Virus record (IMG/VR): IMGVR_UViG_3300038675_000634
Span: 1-31,170 of that record
DNA: 31,170 nucleotides
DNA from: a virus
Taxonomy: Duplodnaviria > Caudoviricetes
Reading direction: 5' to 3' (one strand)
Each line of letters opens with the position of its first letter. Positions within the stretch are counted from its first letter, which is position 1. This document shows, in pieces, positions 30,006-31,170 of the stretch. The position numbers and the translations under genes are program-made. Below the pieces are notes generated by a model. The model did no database searches, was not told the origin of the DNA, and saw only the letters and a list, made by a program, of their open reading frames with translations.

Positions 30006-30666
30006 AAATTGTTTTGTCTTTAATTCCTGCCCACTCAAACGCCTTTTTTCTATTACGGCAAGATTCACAAACTCCACAATGATGAACGCCAGAAGTATAA
30101 CAACTCCATGTGTGAAATAAAATGTCTGGATTGATTTCACTTGCCATCTCAATAAGGTCTGCCTTTGTCCAACATTTTGTAGATGCAGATTCAACTTTAA
30201 CCAGCTTATCTGACTTAAACTTTCCAAGCTTACTTGCCTGTTCAAAAGCCCGCAAAAATTCTGGAGAACAATCTGGATACATCATTTCCCCGTCAACTTC
30301 CTCAATATCATTTAAATGACAGCCAAGCACTACCTCATCAAAGTCATTCACGCTGGCATAAATCATTGCAATTTGTAAAAACATTGCATTCCGCAATGGA
30401 ACAACCACACTCGGGACATAACCTTCTTCTATTCCAGAATTCCAATCCGTAAGTTGATTTTTCCCAAATATATCTGCCATGAAAGATATATCTACTTCAT
30501 GCAGTTTTACATTTAACATATCTGCAACTGTTCTTACCGCATTTATTTCCTGAATACCCTTCTGTCTATAATAAAAGGACATCAACTCAACCTCGTGTTT
30601 TGCCGATTCAATAATTGCCATTGAAACTGAATCTAACCCGCCTGAACAAATAACTAATTTTTTCAT
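29995..30666 (-). CDS. queC: 7-cyano-7-deazaguanine synthase
   Basis: SGGLDS, VPLRN, YPDC, TWSCY...CGVCESC. Confidence 0.96.
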   Translation of the reverse strand: MKKLVICSGGLDSVSMAIIESAKHEVELMSFYYRQKGIQEINAVRTVADMLNVKLHEVDISFMADIFGKNQLTDWNSGIEEGYVPSVVVPLRNAMFLQIAMIYASVNDFDEVVLGCHLNDIEEVDGEMMYPDCSPEFLRAFEQASKLGKFKSDKLVKVESASTKCWTKADLIEMASEINPDILFHTWSCYTSGVHHCGVCESCRNRKKAFEWAGIKDKTIYEN

Positions 30667-31080
30667 TTATCCTCCCAATAATGTTTTGCCAATGTTTATA
30701 TTAATATTTCTGTTACTCTTTTTAAAGTAAACCAATCCTTTCTCAACATTATTACTCTCTTCTTCAAATAACTCCAGTAGCCATTCATAGCTAAACATAT
30801 CTCTATCTGCACCTCTCACGAATCGTGGGTTTACATAATAGAAATCTTTTCCTTTAGCATGTATATTAAGTATAATGTTCTTTTCATATAATGCCTTTAT
30901 AACTTTGCTTAGTTCTTGCATTGTTAGATTAGCATAAGCACAAATGTCTATAGAACTCATTGCTTTTCCATCCATTTCAATCCTGTTATTATCTTCATTT
31001 ACACAAGATATAATAAGGTTGTAGAACCCGAAAGCAAAGGTTCTTTTAGAGAATGGGTTCTGTTCAAACATCTTAATCAT
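30667..31080 (-). CDS. RepL-like winged-helix DNA-binding protein, 137 aa
   Basis: HTH-like segment (SSIDICAYANLTMQELSKVIKALYEKNII) followed by YYVNP. Its stop abuts the queC ATG. Confidence 0.6.
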   Translation of the reverse strand: MIKMFEQNPFSKRTFAFGFYNLIISCVNEDNNRIEMDGKAMSSIDICAYANLTMQELSKVIKALYEKNIILNIHAKGKDFYYVNPRFVRGADRDMFSYEWLLELFEEESNNVEKGLVYFKKSNRNININIGKTLLGG

Positions 31081-31084
31081 AATA

Positions 31085-31147
31085 CAAATATATTGACCGC
31101 TTAAATAATGTCAAGTACATTATAACTCCAGCCACACAAACTGTAAA
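31085..31147. promoter_or_regulatory. cluster of tandem minus-strand promoters plus an overlapping oppositely oriented promoter
   Basis: Minus: TTTACA(31147-31142)-N17-TATAAT(31124-31119) and TTGACA(31114-31109)-N16-TATATT(31092-31087). Plus: TTGACC(31093-31098)-N17-TACATT(31116-31121). Confidence 0.6.
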
Positions 31148-31170
31148 AAAAACTTTGCCAACCACCACTA

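Noticed and set aside
30006-30245. 80 aa N-terminal extension of the glycosyltransferase in the ORF track
   Set aside because: It overlaps the conserved queC C-terminus in another frame. The GT-A fold begins right after Met at 30005.
3-30452. Numerous plus-strand and nested short ORFs (e.g. 21786-22397, 8709-9128, 13930-14316)
   Set aside because: They are antisense or alternate-frame shadows of well-supported minus-strand genes and carry no motifs.
29995-30666. QueC as part of a QatABCD-type defence system
   Set aside because: It is a canonical-length QueC with folE, queD, queE and dpdA, and there is no ATPase or TatD neighbour.
1-31170. tRNA, rRNA, CRISPR array, integrase/att site, introns or inteins
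   Set aside because: None was recognisable by eye. Intergenic gaps are short, and terL, portal and the que genes have normal lengths.

Overview
A 31 kb segment of a tailed dsDNA phage or prophage with siphovirus-like morphology (no sheath gene seen). No integrase or lysis genes fall in the window, so lifestyle and host are unknown. All credible genes are on the minus strand. Reading in the direction of transcription (right to left): (1) a promoter cluster and a RepL-like wHTH gene; (2) a tightly overlapped 7-deazaguanine DNA-modification cassette: queC, GT-A glycosyltransferase, dpdA-like transglycosylase, ParB-N/Zn-ribbon protein, queD, queE, folE; (3) with no gap, terS, terL, portal, XkdF-like protease/scaffold and a major capsid with a C-terminal Ig-like extension; (4) neck genes, two paralogous tail-tube genes, a chaperone-like gene, a 464 aa protein and a 2144 aa tape measure; (5) a more GC-rich distal tail/fibre module containing a (TA)n-rich intergenic block. 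The most notable points are the glycosyltransferase wedged between queC and dpdA in a packaging-linked preQ0 pathway, and the apparent total absence of GATC and TCGA in a by-eye scan. All protein calls rest on motif recognition and synteny, not database searches.
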